A stretch of 64,000 nt of DNA, from the NCBI GenBank assembly GCA_035574915.1, contig DATLYJ010000078.1, positions 6,460 through 70,459 of the forward strand. Direction: 5' to 3'. The notes below the pieces were generated by a model. The model saw nothing but the letters and a program-made list of their open reading frames with translations, made no database searches and had not been told where the DNA came from. This DNA is from Dehalococcoidia bacterium (GTDB lineage Bacteria; Chloroflexota; Dehalococcoidia; DSTF01; WHTK01). The translations under genes and the position numbers were made by a program. Positions within the stretch are counted from its first letter, which is position 1, and every line of letters begins with the position of its first letter. Shown here piece after piece: positions 37,744 through 47,301 of this stretch.

Positions 37744-38321
37744 AGCGCCTACCTCGCCTCGACCGCGATAGCCTTCCCCTGGTCCTCGAGGGCATCCTCT
37801 TCGTGGCTGACGCGCCCGTAGATACGGCCTCGCTGGCCAGGGTCCTGCGACGGCCTCGGGAGGACGTAGAGGCAGCGCTCGCGGACCTGGAGTCGCACTA
37901 CGAACGCCGCGGGCTCCGCCTGCAGCGCAGCAACGGCCTGGTACAGATGGTGTCGGCACCGGAAGCGGGACCGTACATAGAGCGCTTTTTGGGCGAGGAG
38001 AACAAGCAGCGCCTCTCGGGCGCCGCCCTGGAGTGCCTGGCGATTATCGCCTATCGTCAGCCGGTAACGAGGGCTGGGGTGGAGGCGGTGCGCGGCGTGA
38101 ACTCGGACGGCGCCATCGCCTCCCTGATAGCGCGCGGCCTCATCGAGGAGGTGGGCCGGGCGCCGGGTCCGGGGCGACCCGCGCTGCTGGGGACGACCAT
38201 GAAGTTCCTCGAGCACTTCGGCCTCAAGGATCCCTCGGACCTGCCGCCGCTGCCCGAGCAGCCATCACCGCCGAACGCGCAGCCGCGCCTGACGGACGCG
38301 CGAGGGTCCGGCCGGGCATGA
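37740..38321 (+). CDS. scpB: segregation and condensation protein B
   Basis: LEGILFVADAPV...LECLAIIAYRQPVTRAGVEAVRGVNSDGAIASLIARGLIEE is the ScpB winged-helix signature. Confidence 0.85.
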   Translation: MKRLPRLDRDSLPLVLEGILFVADAPVDTASLARVLRRPREDVEAALADLESHYERRGLRLQRSNGLVQMVSAPEAGPYIERFLGEENKQRLSGAALECLAIIAYRQPVTRAGVEAVRGVNSDGAIASLIARGLIEEVGRAPGPGRPALLGTTMKFLEHFGLKDPSDLPPLPEQPSPPNAQPRLTDARGSGRA

Positions 38322-38608
38322 CCATCGGCCTCTGCCGGCTAACGCTGCGCCTGCCGGAGAACGGCTCGCTCAAGGGCAAGCGCCAGGTAGTGAAGTCCCT
38401 GCAGCAGCGCCTGCATAACAAGTTCAACGTCAGCGTGGCCGAGGTCGAGCACAACGATGCCTGGCAACTGGCCGGGCTCGCCATTTGCTGCGTCTCCAAC
38501 AGCTCCGCCCACGCCAACGAGGTGCTATCGAAGGCGCTGGACTTCGTACACAGCCTGCGGCTGGACGCCGAGGTCATCGAAGAGGAGATCGAGCTGATCC
38601 AGGACTGA
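38318..38608 (+). CDS. DUF503 (YlxP-like) protein
   Basis: 96 aa (MTIGLCRLTLRLPENGSLKGKRQVVKSL...); ATGA overlap with the scpB stop. Confidence 0.65.
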   Translation: MTIGLCRLTLRLPENGSLKGKRQVVKSLQQRLHNKFNVSVAEVEHNDAWQLAGLAICCVSNSSAHANEVLSKALDFVHSLRLDAEVIEEEIELIQD

Positions 38609-38614
38609 GGCGGC

Positions 38615-39313
38615 CTATTCGGGGCCGCGGCTGACGCGCAAGGTGACCGAGAGGTCAGCGGTAGCCTTCGTATTGGCGGCCGGCGTCTGGGAGAGCACCA
38701 TTCCCCGCGGCGCCGTCTTGTCGGGCACGGCGATGACCACGTAGTCGATCTGCTGGTCGCGCAGCACGGCGAGGGCGCTGGCCTCGTCGGCGCCGACGAA
38801 GTTCGGCACCAGCCCGGCCTGGACGGAGATCGGCCGGCCCTGGAACTGTCCGGAAGCGGGTGTGGCAGCGAGGGGTGGCTGGATCACCTGGGGGTTGCTT
38901 ACGACCGTGCCCTGGGGCAGGCGCGGCGTGTTGTCGATGACGCCGGCATCGCTGCCGGTCGAAAACAGGAGCAGGCCCGCACCGATCAAAAAGATGCCCA
39001 CGAACGCCGCGATCACCCAGTTCATGCTGATGGAGTTGCCCACGGGCCGGCTGATCGCGGGCAGCGGCGTTATATCGACGGTGAGTTCCTGGTTGGGAAA
39101 GACGCGGATGAGTTCCTCCGGATTGAGGCCCAGGTAGCGGGAATAAGTGCGCAGAAAGCCGCGCGCGTACACGGGCGCCGGAAAGACGGAGAAGTCCTCG
39201 TTTTCCAGGGCCTGGAGGTAGCGCTTCGAAACGTGAGTGTCGCGCTCGGCGTCTTCGAGCGTTATCGCCCGCGCCCGCCGGGCGCGCGACAGGGTATTGC
39301 CGAGTTCAGCCAT
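38615..39313 (-). CDS. XRE-type HTH - TM - PASTA domain protein (RodZ-like architecture)
   Basis: N-terminal Cro/C1 HTH (LGNTLSRARRARAITLEDAERDTHVSKRYLQALE), TM (WVIAAFVGIFLIGAGLLLF), C-terminal PASTA-like segment (LVPNFVGADEASALAVLRDQQIDYVVIAVPD...). Confidence 0.55.
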   Translation of the reverse strand: MAELGNTLSRARRARAITLEDAERDTHVSKRYLQALENEDFSVFPAPVYARGFLRTYSRYLGLNPEELIRVFPNQELTVDITPLPAISRPVGNSISMNWVIAAFVGIFLIGAGLLLFSTGSDAGVIDNTPRLPQGTVVSNPQVIQPPLAATPASGQFQGRPISVQAGLVPNFVGADEASALAVLRDQQIDYVVIAVPDKTAPRGMVLSQTPAANTKATADLSVTLRVSRGPE

Positions 39314-39487
39314 ATGTTACGGCGGGGTGAACCCACTATAGGCAAGGCCTCGCAAGACCGTCAAACAGGATCGCCGTATCAGCTTTCGAGAGAAGCGGCC
39401 TGATGCCCCCGGGGCACGGGGGCAGCGCGCACGCCGCCCCTGCCTTGCTTGCGCCTTGGCGCGCGCCGTGTGACACTCTTTGTGCCC

Positions 39488-39535
39488 CGCGAAAATCTAC
39501 TCAAAGATATACACAGGTATAGATAGATTTTCGCG
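39488..39535. promoter_or_regulatory. nested palindrome: 11-bp perfect inverted repeat CGCGAAAATCT...AGATTTTCGCG enclosing TATAC-ACAG-GTATA, in an AT-rich leader of the iron/B12-type ABC operon
   Basis: Read directly from sequence. Candidate operator or large regulatory hairpin. Confidence 0.4.
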
Positions 39536-39563
39536 ATTTAATCATCTCCTCGGGAGCAGCAAG

Positions 39564-40520
39564 ATGCACCTCAGATGGCCTCTTTTGATCGCACTGCCCT
39601 TCGTCGGGCTGACCCTCGCCTGCGGCTCGGGCGGCGATGAAGAGCGGGCGACCTCCTCTCCCACCGCCGTGACCCGAAAAGTCGATGTGTCGAAGGACGA
39701 CCTCGGCCGTACCGTCGCCGTCCCGGCCTCGCCGCAGCGTATTGTCGCCATGAGCCCCTCCGTCGTCGAACTGCTCTTCGCCGTGGGCGTGACGCCGGTC
39801 GGGCGTCCGTCGTCGGCGGACTATCCGGAAGCCGCGAAGGCCGTGCCCCACTTTGGCACCAGCTACCAACCCAACTACGAAGAGATCGCCGCGATGAAGC
39901 CGGACCTCATCATCGCCGACGCGGTCATTCACAAGGACACGGTGGCCGACCTCGCTCGCCTTGGCGCGCCCGTCTGGGCCGTGCGCGTCAACTCCTTCGA
40001 TGACGTGACGGCTGGCCTGCGAAAGGTCGGCGCCCTCACGGGGCGCCAGGAGGCGGCCGAACGCGAGGCAAAGAAGCTGGAGGACCAGCTTGCCGGCATA
40101 CTGGCGAAGAAGCCCGCCACCTCGCCCTCTGTGATCGTCGTGGTCGCCGGCGGCCCGACGCAGCTCTTTGCCGGCCTCAATGACTCCTACGTCGGCGACA
40201 TCCTGAAGCGCCTCGGCGCGCGCAACGTCCTCTCGAACGAGCCCGAGACCTTCCGGCTGCCGGGGTTCAGCGACTACAGCATCGAGCGGATCGTCGAGAA
40301 GAACCCGGACGTGATAATCGCCATCAGTCCGGGCCGTCCGAACATCACCACTCAGGCAATGTCGGCCAGTCCCGTATACGGCAGCCTCAAAGCCGTGAAG
40401 GAGGGCCGCGTGCACGAGGTCGACCCGGTCATCTACCTGCAGGCAGCGGGTCCGCGAGTGAGCCTGATTCTCGATGAGCTTGCTAGAATCCTCTATCCAG
40501 ACGTTTTCAAGGCCAGCTGA
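39564..40520 (+). CDS. ABC transporter substrate-binding lipoprotein (iron-siderophore/cobalamin, FecB/BtuF family)
   Basis: Lipobox LTLACGS; SBP class III composition. The tracker's earlier ATG 39480 lies in the AT-rich leader. Confidence 0.8.
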   Translation: MHLRWPLLIALPFVGLTLACGSGGDEERATSSPTAVTRKVDVSKDDLGRTVAVPASPQRIVAMSPSVVELLFAVGVTPVGRPSSADYPEAAKAVPHFGTSYQPNYEEIAAMKPDLIIADAVIHKDTVADLARLGAPVWAVRVNSFDDVTAGLRKVGALTGRQEAAEREAKKLEDQLAGILAKKPATSPSVIVVVAGGPTQLFAGLNDSYVGDILKRLGARNVLSNEPETFRLPGFSDYSIERIVEKNPDVIIAISPGRPNITTQAMSASPVYGSLKAVKEGRVHEVDPVIYLQAAGPRVSLILDELARILYPDVFKAS

Positions 40521-41490
40521 CCGGCGCGTCTTCGTCCCCTTCGCCGCCCTGGTGGCGGTGATGGCGGCGATCGTTGTCGGTATCGCGGTGGGGCCGGTGT
40601 ACATTGGCCCCGGCACCGTCCTGAAGGCGCTCTTCGGTACGGCCTCGGCGACCACGGAGATCATCGTCGAAGACATCCGCCTGCCGCGGGTGCTGGTCGG
40701 CGCGATGGTTGGCGCCAATCTGGCAATGTCCGGCGCCATCCTCCAGGGCGTCACCCGCAACCCGCTGGCAGACCCTCACGTATTCGGGATCTCCTCCGGC
40801 GCCGGCGCTATCGCGGTGGCCGGCATCATTTTCTTTCCGGAAGTGCCCTTCTACCAGGTGCAGATGGTGTCCTTCTTTGGCGGCCTTGCCGCCGGAGGGC
40901 TGGCATACGCCATGGCCTGGCGGGGCGGCGTTTCGCCGGCGCGGCTCGCGCTCGCTGGCATCGCCGTCACTTCCATGCTGACGGCCGTCATCTCAGCCAT
41001 GCTCGTGACCTCCCAGCTCTCGGCCCAGATCGGCCTGCGATGGCTCATCGGCGGCCTCCTGGGGCGCAACTGGGAGGACTTCTGGCTCCTGCTGCCCTAT
41101 TTCGTGGGAGGAAGCGCCGTCGCGATGGCGATGGCCCGCCAGCTCAACGTCATCGCTCTCGGCGACGAGGTCGCGACGAGCCTGGGCCAGCACGTCGAGC
41201 GCACGCGCCTGGCCCTCACCGCGATAGCGGCGCTGCTGGCCAGCAGCGCCGTAAGCGTCGCGGGCCTGATCGGGTTCGTGGGCCTGATCATCCCTCACTG
41301 GGGCCGGCTGCTGCTCGGGAACGACTACCGCTTCCTCATCCCAACGTCGGCGCTCTTCGGCGCCTGTTTGCTCATCTTCGCCGACACCGCCGCGCGCACG
41401 GCCTTCGACCCGCGTGAGCTTCCGGTGGGCGTCCTCACGGCTGTGCTCGGAGGCCCCGTGTTCGTCTACCTCGTCCGGAGGCGAGCATGA
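40474..41490 (+). CDS. ABC transporter permease (FecCD/BtuC family)
   Basis: About 9 TMs with FecCD-like motifs. The start is uncertain: 40474 overlaps the SBP by 47 nt; in-frame GTG 40552 and ATG 40561 lie within the first TM. Confidence 0.75.
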   Translation: MSLLESSIQTFSRPADRRVFVPFAALVAVMAAIVVGIAVGPVYIGPGTVLKALFGTASATTEIIVEDIRLPRVLVGAMVGANLAMSGAILQGVTRNPLADPHVFGISSGAGAIAVAGIIFFPEVPFYQVQMVSFFGGLAAGGLAYAMAWRGGVSPARLALAGIAVTSMLTAVISAMLVTSQLSAQIGLRWLIGGLLGRNWEDFWLLLPYFVGGSAVAMAMARQLNVIALGDEVATSLGQHVERTRLALTAIAALLASSAVSVAGLIGFVGLIIPHWGRLLLGNDYRFLIPTSALFGACLLIFADTAARTAFDPRELPVGVLTAVLGGPVFVYLVRRRA

Positions 41491-42299
41491 AGCTGCGCGC
41501 CGACAGCATCGACGCCGGTTACGACGGAAGGCTGGTCCTGCGCGGCCTCGACATCGACATCGCCGAGGGCGAGATAGTGACCCTGGTGGGGCCGAACGGC
41601 TCCGGAAAGTCGACGATACTGCGCGCCCTCGCCCGGGTCCTCAAACCCAGGGCCGGCGCAGTCCTGCTCGATGGCAAAGCGATCTCCTCGCTTTCGACCC
41701 GCGAGGTGGCGCGCGAGTTGGCCCTGCTGCCCCAGGGCCCGACGCTCGCCAACGACATGACGGTCGAGGAACTGGTGTGGATGGGACGCAGCCCGCACCA
41801 GGGCCTCCTTGGCGTGCCCACGCGAAGTGACCGCGAAGCGGTGGCCTGGGCGATGAAGGAGACCGCGGTCATCGACCTGAGGCGCCGCGGCATGTCGACG
41901 CTCTCCGGCGGCGAAAAGCAGCGTGTCTGGATAGCGATGGCGCTGGCCCAGCAGCCGCGCGTCCTCCTTCTCGATGAACCCACGACGTTCCTCGACCTGA
42001 GCCACCAGATCGAGGTCCTGGACCTCGTGCGATACCTGAACAGGGAGCACGGGATTACGGTGGTGATGGTCCTGCACGACCTCAACCAGGCCGCGCGCTA
42101 CGCCGGCAGGGTGGTGGTCGTGAACGACGGGCATGTCGACTGTGAGGGGCCGCCGGGCGTCGTACTGACCTCGGACACCCTGCGCCGGGTCTTCGGAGTC
42201 GATGCAGAGGTGATCTCCGGGCCAGGCGGCATCGAGATGGTGATCGTCCCCCTCGGCCGCGTGGCGCCAGCGGCCCAGGCGCAAGTGGCTCCCCTCTAA
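41487..42299 (+). CDS. ABC transporter ATP-binding protein (FecE/FhuC-type)
   Basis: Walker A GPNGSGKST, signature LSGGEKQRVWIAMAL, Walker B LLLDEPTT. Confidence 0.9.
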   Translation: MKLRADSIDAGYDGRLVLRGLDIDIAEGEIVTLVGPNGSGKSTILRALARVLKPRAGAVLLDGKAISSLSTREVARELALLPQGPTLANDMTVEELVWMGRSPHQGLLGVPTRSDREAVAWAMKETAVIDLRRRGMSTLSGGEKQRVWIAMALAQQPRVLLLDEPTTFLDLSHQIEVLDLVRYLNREHGITVVMVLHDLNQAARYAGRVVVVNDGHVDCEGPPGVVLTSDTLRRVFGVDAEVISGPGGIEMVIVPLGRVAPAAQAQVAPL

Positions 42300-42372
42300 C
42301 CGGGGAACTCGCGCCGTCGCCACCCCGCCAATCAGCCGACCAACCGGCCGAGGTTGCCTGCGGTCCTGGCAT

Positions 42373-42777
42373 TTGTTAAGGTCGAAGCCGCTAAGAAGCG
42401 ACAAGGACGTGTTTACGAACGACTACCAGTCTGAACGGGTGAACGTCGAGCGCAGCGCGGTCCGTAGCGTTACGGCCGCGAACGCCCAGGTTGACCGCTC
42501 GATGGTCCAGCGCCTCACCTCGGACGCGCTCTCGGCGAACCAGAGCGTGATCGGCATCGCCAACGCGTCCACGATCGAGCTGAAAGGGAGCAGCGCCGGC
42601 GTTGCCGCGGCGGACTACGTCCGCATCGAAGACGGCCGTGTCTTCCTGCTGCTCGCGCCCCGCGTGAACGGTAACCTCCAGGCCGTGCTCACAATCCCGG
42701 CCGCCTTCGCTTTCGGCGCCGGGTATTACATAGCCCGAAGGCTGCTGGGCGCGGCCTTCAGCCGCAAAGACAGCTAA
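42373..42777 (+). CDS. hypothetical protein with C-terminal TM
   Basis: ORF only; no recognisable motif. Start uncertain. Confidence 0.3.
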   Translation: MLRSKPLRSDKDVFTNDYQSERVNVERSAVRSVTAANAQVDRSMVQRLTSDALSANQSVIGIANASTIELKGSSAGVAAADYVRIEDGRVFLLLAPRVNGNLQAVLTIPAAFAFGAGYYIARRLLGAAFSRKDS

Positions 42778-42800
42778 CCTAACTTTCGGAGAGGACTCTC

Positions 42801-43457
42801 ATGGCCCGTAAGGAGCTGACACTTGAACCGCGCACGGTGACCGGCAAGAAGGTCGCGCGGCTGCGCCGGGCCGGCATCTTGCCCGGGAACATCTTCGGGC
42901 GCCACCTGCAATCCGTCGCGGTCCAGGTCGAAACGTCGGCCCTCATCAAGCTATTGAGGGCGTCCACGAAAAATGAGGTCATCGACCTCAAGCTCGCGGG
43001 CGAGCGCACGCCGCGGCCAGCTATCGTCCAGCACCTGAGCCGCGACCCCCTGGACGGGAGTCCGCTACACGCCGACTTCTACCAGGTCTCGCTGCGGGAA
43101 AAGATGCGCGCGGACGTGCCACTGGTACTCGTGGGCAGCTCCGAGGCCGTTTCGACCTACAACGGCGTCCTCACCCAGCAGACGGACGTGCTGCACATCG
43201 AGGCGTTGCCGCTCGACATCCCCGCTCATATCGAGGTCGACATTTCGAAGCTGAAGGAGCTCGACAGTTCCATCCATGTTTCTGACCTCAATGTGCCACC
43301 GACCGTAACGGTCCTGACGCCACCGGATGTCGTGGTCGCTCAGGTGACAGCGCCGCGCGTCGAGGAAGTCGAGGAGGTCGAGGAGGCGCCAGAGGAGGCA
43401 CCGGAAGCCGTGGAAGAAGCAGCGCCGTCGGCGGAGGAGAAGCCCGGCGAGGAATAG
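42801..43457 (+). CDS. rplY: 50S ribosomal protein L25 / general stress protein Ctc
   Basis: KRxGxxPxxxYG-type N-terminus (GKKVARLRRAGILPGNIFG) and an acidic C-terminal tail. Confidence 0.88.
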   Translation: MARKELTLEPRTVTGKKVARLRRAGILPGNIFGRHLQSVAVQVETSALIKLLRASTKNEVIDLKLAGERTPRPAIVQHLSRDPLDGSPLHADFYQVSLREKMRADVPLVLVGSSEAVSTYNGVLTQQTDVLHIEALPLDIPAHIEVDISKLKELDSSIHVSDLNVPPTVTVLTPPDVVVAQVTAPRVEEVEEVEEAPEEAPEAVEEAAPSAEEKPGEE

Positions 43458-43479
43458 CCTTGAGCCTCGGCCACACAAC

Positions 43480-43514
43480 AGGGACCTGCCTTAGCGGCAG
43501 GTCCCTTGCATTTC
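43480..43514 (+). terminator. intrinsic terminator after rplY
   Basis: GGGACCTGCC-ttagc-GGCAGGTCCC followed by TTGCATTTCT. Confidence 0.6.
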
Positions 43515-43770
43515 TGGTGCGCAGACCCGGCCAAGGGCGGCCTCCGCACCGGCGGGGCGGCTGCAGCAGGCGCGCTGGCCGCGATGGGCCGCGCACCCGT
43601 CATAGTCATCATCGGCTCGTGGGCCTCGAGCTTTTGCTGTTCCCCGGACTTACGTGCTCGAACGGCCATAAATCCGTGTAAACACGCAGGCATTTGGTCG
43701 ACCGGGCAGTCAAAATCTGGCAGAGTCCAGGGCACGACCGCCTTGAGTACAAGTTCAGGAGGGGATCGAA

Positions 43771-44061
43771 ATGTACGGGACTGTTGCTAGATTCACGCTC
43801 AAACCCGGCATGGAGGCGAAGCTCACCGAGGAGATGAAGTCCTACGAGAGCCTGAACATCGACGGGCACATCTCGACGACCGTCTACCGGATGGACGACA
43901 ACCCGAACGAGTTCTACATGGCCGTGATCTTCCGCGACAAGGCGTCCTACCAGAAGAACGCGGACGACCCGGAGCAGGACAAGCGCTACCAGCGCCTCCG
44001 GGCCCTGCTCGCCGCGGACCCGGAGTGGCACGACGGCGAGATCATCTACAGCGGCAAGTAG
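43771..44061 (+). CDS. small ABM-like (antibiotic biosynthesis monooxygenase fold) protein
   Basis: 96 aa (MYGTVARFTLKPGMEAKLTEEM...EFYMAVIFRDKASYQKNADDPE). Assignment by fold-like pattern only. Confidence 0.4.
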   Translation: MYGTVARFTLKPGMEAKLTEEMKSYESLNIDGHISTTVYRMDDNPNEFYMAVIFRDKASYQKNADDPEQDKRYQRLRALLAADPEWHDGEIIYSGK

Positions 44062-44067
44062 TCGCGC

Positions 44068-46215
44068 CTAGGGACGCCGGTCGAGCAGGCGCGGCAGCGC
44101 CCGCCGGCGCAGCCGCAGCTCTGCCGGCGTCGGCGCCGGGTACTCGACCCGCGGGTGGTAAACGGCGCGCAGCGTCTCCTTGAAGGACTGCGCCAGGGTG
44201 CGGATGTCGCGCAGCGTGAGGTCGGATTCGTCCAGCTGGCCCTCGGCCAGGCGCTCGGCGAAGACCTCGTCTACCAGCTCGCTGATCCGCTCCGGCGTAT
44301 GTTGCGCGCTTGCCCGCACCACCGCCTCGCAGGAGTCGGCGAGCATCGTGATCGCTGTCTCGCGCGACTGGGGCCGTGGACCCGGATAGCGGAACTCGGC
44401 CGGCGAGACCATCGGGTCGGCTTCTGCCGCCTTGCGGTAGAAGTAGGAGACTAACCGCGTGCCGTGGTGCTCCGGTATGAACGCGGCAACGCGCGCCGGC
44501 AGGCCGTACTGGCGCGCCAGCGCAAGCCCGTCCGTGACGTGATCGATTATGATGCGGGCGCTGTCGGCCGGCTCGAGGGCGTCGTGCGGGTTGCCCTCAC
44601 CGAACTGGTTCTCGACGAAGAAACCCGGGCGCATGAGCTTGCCGATGTCGTGGTAGTAGCTGCCCACGCGCGCCAGCAGCGGATCGGCGCCGATAACGTA
44701 AGCGCCCTTCTCCGCCAGGTTCGCGACGATCACGCTGTGCTGGAAAGTAGCCGGAGCCTCCTCCTGCATCCTGCGCATGAGCGGCTGGCTGAGCTGCGAC
44801 ATCTCCAGGAGCTGCAGGCGGGTGGTGATGCCGAACACGGAGCCAAGGGTCACGAAGATACCCGCTGAGAGAAAAGCGCTGATGCCGCCATTCGCGAAGC
44901 TCGCGAGGATCATCCAGGCGAAGTCATTCGTCTCCCGGTTCGGGTCGATTAGCCAGGATGCGGCGAGCACGGACAAGGTGGCGATGCCGACGGAAAGCCC
45001 GCCCAGCAGGTAGTGACTGAAGCGCTCGGCGCTGCGGATCGCGAGCACGCCCGCGACGCCGCCGAACCCGAAAGCCAGGGCCAGCCGAGCGAGGTCGACG
45101 GTGCCAACCAACCCGACGACCGTCAGGTCCGAAAGGTACACGGCCGAAAAGCTGGCGAGCGAAGCGATGCCTATCGCCACCACGAGCGCGAGCTCGACAC
45201 CCACGGCCCCCGCGACAACCATTGGCGCCGCCGCGACCGGCAAGAGGAAGGCGAGGAAGTGGCGGCTGTCATCCGGCAGGATGAGGGGCAGATAGAACTT
45301 CATCGCGAACACGGGGCCGACGAGCGCCAGCCCGACAGCGAGCAGCTGGCGGTAGTTGAACAACACCCTGGGCCTCAGCGCCCTGATGGCAGCGACCGTC
45401 CCGACCGCCGAGAGGACCGACATCAGGGCAATCCCGCCGAGGAGGTCCGGGTCCCAACGCTGGCTCAGCAGCCCGGCCTGGAGCAGCGCCTCCCGCGCCT
45501 CGGCCGTAACGGGGGTGTCTTTCTCGACGATGGGCTGGTTCTTGGCGAAGGTGACCCGCACGGTCGCCACGCTCGCCCGGGCCGCCTGGCGTTGAGCCTC
45601 CGTCCGCGCCTGGTCGACCGCCAGGTTGGGCGCGATCAGCGGCCGCACGATCTCCGAAATGAGCGTCGCCTCCTCGCGGTCGAATCCCGGGTCTACGTAC
45701 GTGACCGCCCGCTCGCGCATGTCCGAGATCTGGGACGGCGGCAGCGACTGGTCGAGGATGGTGCCGAGCGTGCGCCGCGCCTCCCCCTGCACGCGCTGCC
45801 ACTCCTGAGGCGTCATGGTGAGCAGCAGCGTTGCGCTGCGCTGCGAGAGGCTCAGGTTCTCGATCCGGCTCAAGGCCGTAGCCTTGGCTGCCTGGTTTAG
45901 CTGCGCATCGTCCCTGACCGCCGAAATTCGGGCGAGGAGATTGCTCATCGCCGTCTGCTGGGTAACGGCAACCGAGGGGTCGTAGATCAGGGACTCCGGG
46001 ACGGCGGCCGCCGCCTCATCGCGTCGTTTTTCCGTGAGCGCCTGGCTGGCGAAAGAGATGTCCCGCGGCGCATGGACGGTCCGAAAGGCGATGTCACCTT
46101 CTTTCAGGTTCACGCTGCCGGCCGTCACGGGCAGGAGCGCGGCGAAGAGGGCCAGGGCCAGCAGCGTCGTCGCTACGAGGGTTATCGTGTTCGAAGGAGT
46201 GCGCTCGTTCGGCAT
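44068..46215 (-). CDS. pgpH: 7TM receptor with intracellular HD hydrolase domain (PgpH-type, candidate c-di-AMP phosphodiesterase)
   Basis: Signal/TM, large extracytoplasmic domain, 7 TM helices, HD domain (YYHDIGKLMRP...HHG). Confidence 0.75.
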   Translation of the reverse strand: MPNERTPSNTITLVATTLLALALFAALLPVTAGSVNLKEGDIAFRTVHAPRDISFASQALTEKRRDEAAAAVPESLIYDPSVAVTQQTAMSNLLARISAVRDDAQLNQAAKATALSRIENLSLSQRSATLLLTMTPQEWQRVQGEARRTLGTILDQSLPPSQISDMRERAVTYVDPGFDREEATLISEIVRPLIAPNLAVDQARTEAQRQAARASVATVRVTFAKNQPIVEKDTPVTAEAREALLQAGLLSQRWDPDLLGGIALMSVLSAVGTVAAIRALRPRVLFNYRQLLAVGLALVGPVFAMKFYLPLILPDDSRHFLAFLLPVAAAPMVVAGAVGVELALVVAIGIASLASFSAVYLSDLTVVGLVGTVDLARLALAFGFGGVAGVLAIRSAERFSHYLLGGLSVGIATLSVLAASWLIDPNRETNDFAWMILASFANGGISAFLSAGIFVTLGSVFGITTRLQLLEMSQLSQPLMRRMQEEAPATFQHSVIVANLAEKGAYVIGADPLLARVGSYYHDIGKLMRPGFFVENQFGEGNPHDALEPADSARIIIDHVTDGLALARQYGLPARVAAFIPEHHGTRLVSYFYRKAAEADPMVSPAEFRYPGPRPQSRETAITMLADSCEAVVRASAQHTPERISELVDEVFAERLAEGQLDESDLTLRDIRTLAQSFKETLRAVYHPRVEYPAPTPAELRLRRRALPRLLDRRP

Positions 46216-46373
46216 GGCGTAGCCGCCTACAGTCCATCATATCCGCTGCCGGGGCGGCCCGATGGCGGGGCCGCGCCCAGCCGATGCGCTGGACGTAGTC
46301 GTAACCCGGGTGCAGGTCCGGAATGCGGTGTTTTCGGGAGCTTTCTCGCGACCTCTTGGAAGTCCGCCGCCTT

Positions 46374-46823
46374 TCAGGCGCCGCCGAGGAGCTCTGTCAC
46401 CACCGCGTTGACCTCGGCTCCATCGGCCTTGCCACGGAGCTGGGCCATGAGGACCGGCATCACCTTGCCCTTGTCGCGCGGGCCGCTGGCACCTACCTGC
46501 TCGATGATCTTGCGCGCCTCGGCGACGATCTCCTCGCGCGAGAGTTGTTGGGGGAGGTAGCCCATGAGCACGTCGATCTCCGCCTGCTCCCTGTCGACGA
46601 GGTCCTGGCGGTTTCCCTTGCGGAACTCCTCGATGCTCTCCCGCCGCTGCTTGACCTCTCGCGCCAACACAGCCATGACGCCGGCGTCATCAAGTGGGCC
46701 GCCGGCGGCGATCTCGGCGTTGTGCACCGCGGAGAGGGCCATGCGGAGGGTGCTCTTGCGCGTCTCGTCGCGGGCGCGCAGGGCCTCACGGAGATCGCGG
46801 TTCATCGTCTCTTTGATGCTCAT
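46374..46823 (-). CDS. GatB/YqeY domain protein
   Basis: MSIKETMNRDLREALRARDETRKSTLRMALSAV... is a YqeY signature; 149 aa. Confidence 0.85.
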   Translation of the reverse strand: MSIKETMNRDLREALRARDETRKSTLRMALSAVHNAEIAAGGPLDDAGVMAVLAREVKQRRESIEEFRKGNRQDLVDREQAEIDVLMGYLPQQLSREEIVAEARKIIEQVGASGPRDKGKVMPVLMAQLRGKADGAEVNAVVTELLGGA

Positions 46824-46914
46824 ATCGCTTCGCCGCCTGCTCGCCAGCGGGGCGCGAGCACGACTTCAGGTGCAGCAGGGCTGCCTGTGTGGAATTCGGG
46901 CGGGGTCTTTGCGG

Positions 46915-47100
46915 TCAGGAGGAGGACTTGCGGCTCTTGCGGCGCTTGGCAGCGGCCTTCTTCTTCCTCTTTACGCTGGGCTTCTCGTAGTGTTCGCGGC
47001 GCCGCGCTTCAGCGAGTATCCCGTCTTGCTGGACCTTCTTGGTGAACCGCTTGAGCGCGGACTCGAAGGACTCATGTTCTCCAACGATTACTTCAGCCAA
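46915..47100 (-). CDS. rpsU: 30S ribosomal protein S21
   Basis: [42 protein letters not shown]... canonical S21. Confidence 0.9.
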   Translation of the reverse strand: MAEVIVGEHESFESALKRFTKKVQQDGILAEARRREHYEKPSVKRKKKAAAKRRKSRKSSS

Positions 47101-47301
47101 TAACGCTTCCTCCTTCGCCCCGTGGGATCGGACTGAACCAGAAAAAGTGTAGGGTCAGCGCGCGAGAGGCGTCAAACGAAGACTGTGCGGGCATCGTGGG
47201 CCTGTCCCGCTGAAGTGGCCGGTGAATCTGTGCGGGCGGACCGCTCGGGTGATCCTGTCACAGAAGGCTTAACAGGCGCCGAGAACGACCAGGGCGCGCT
47301 C

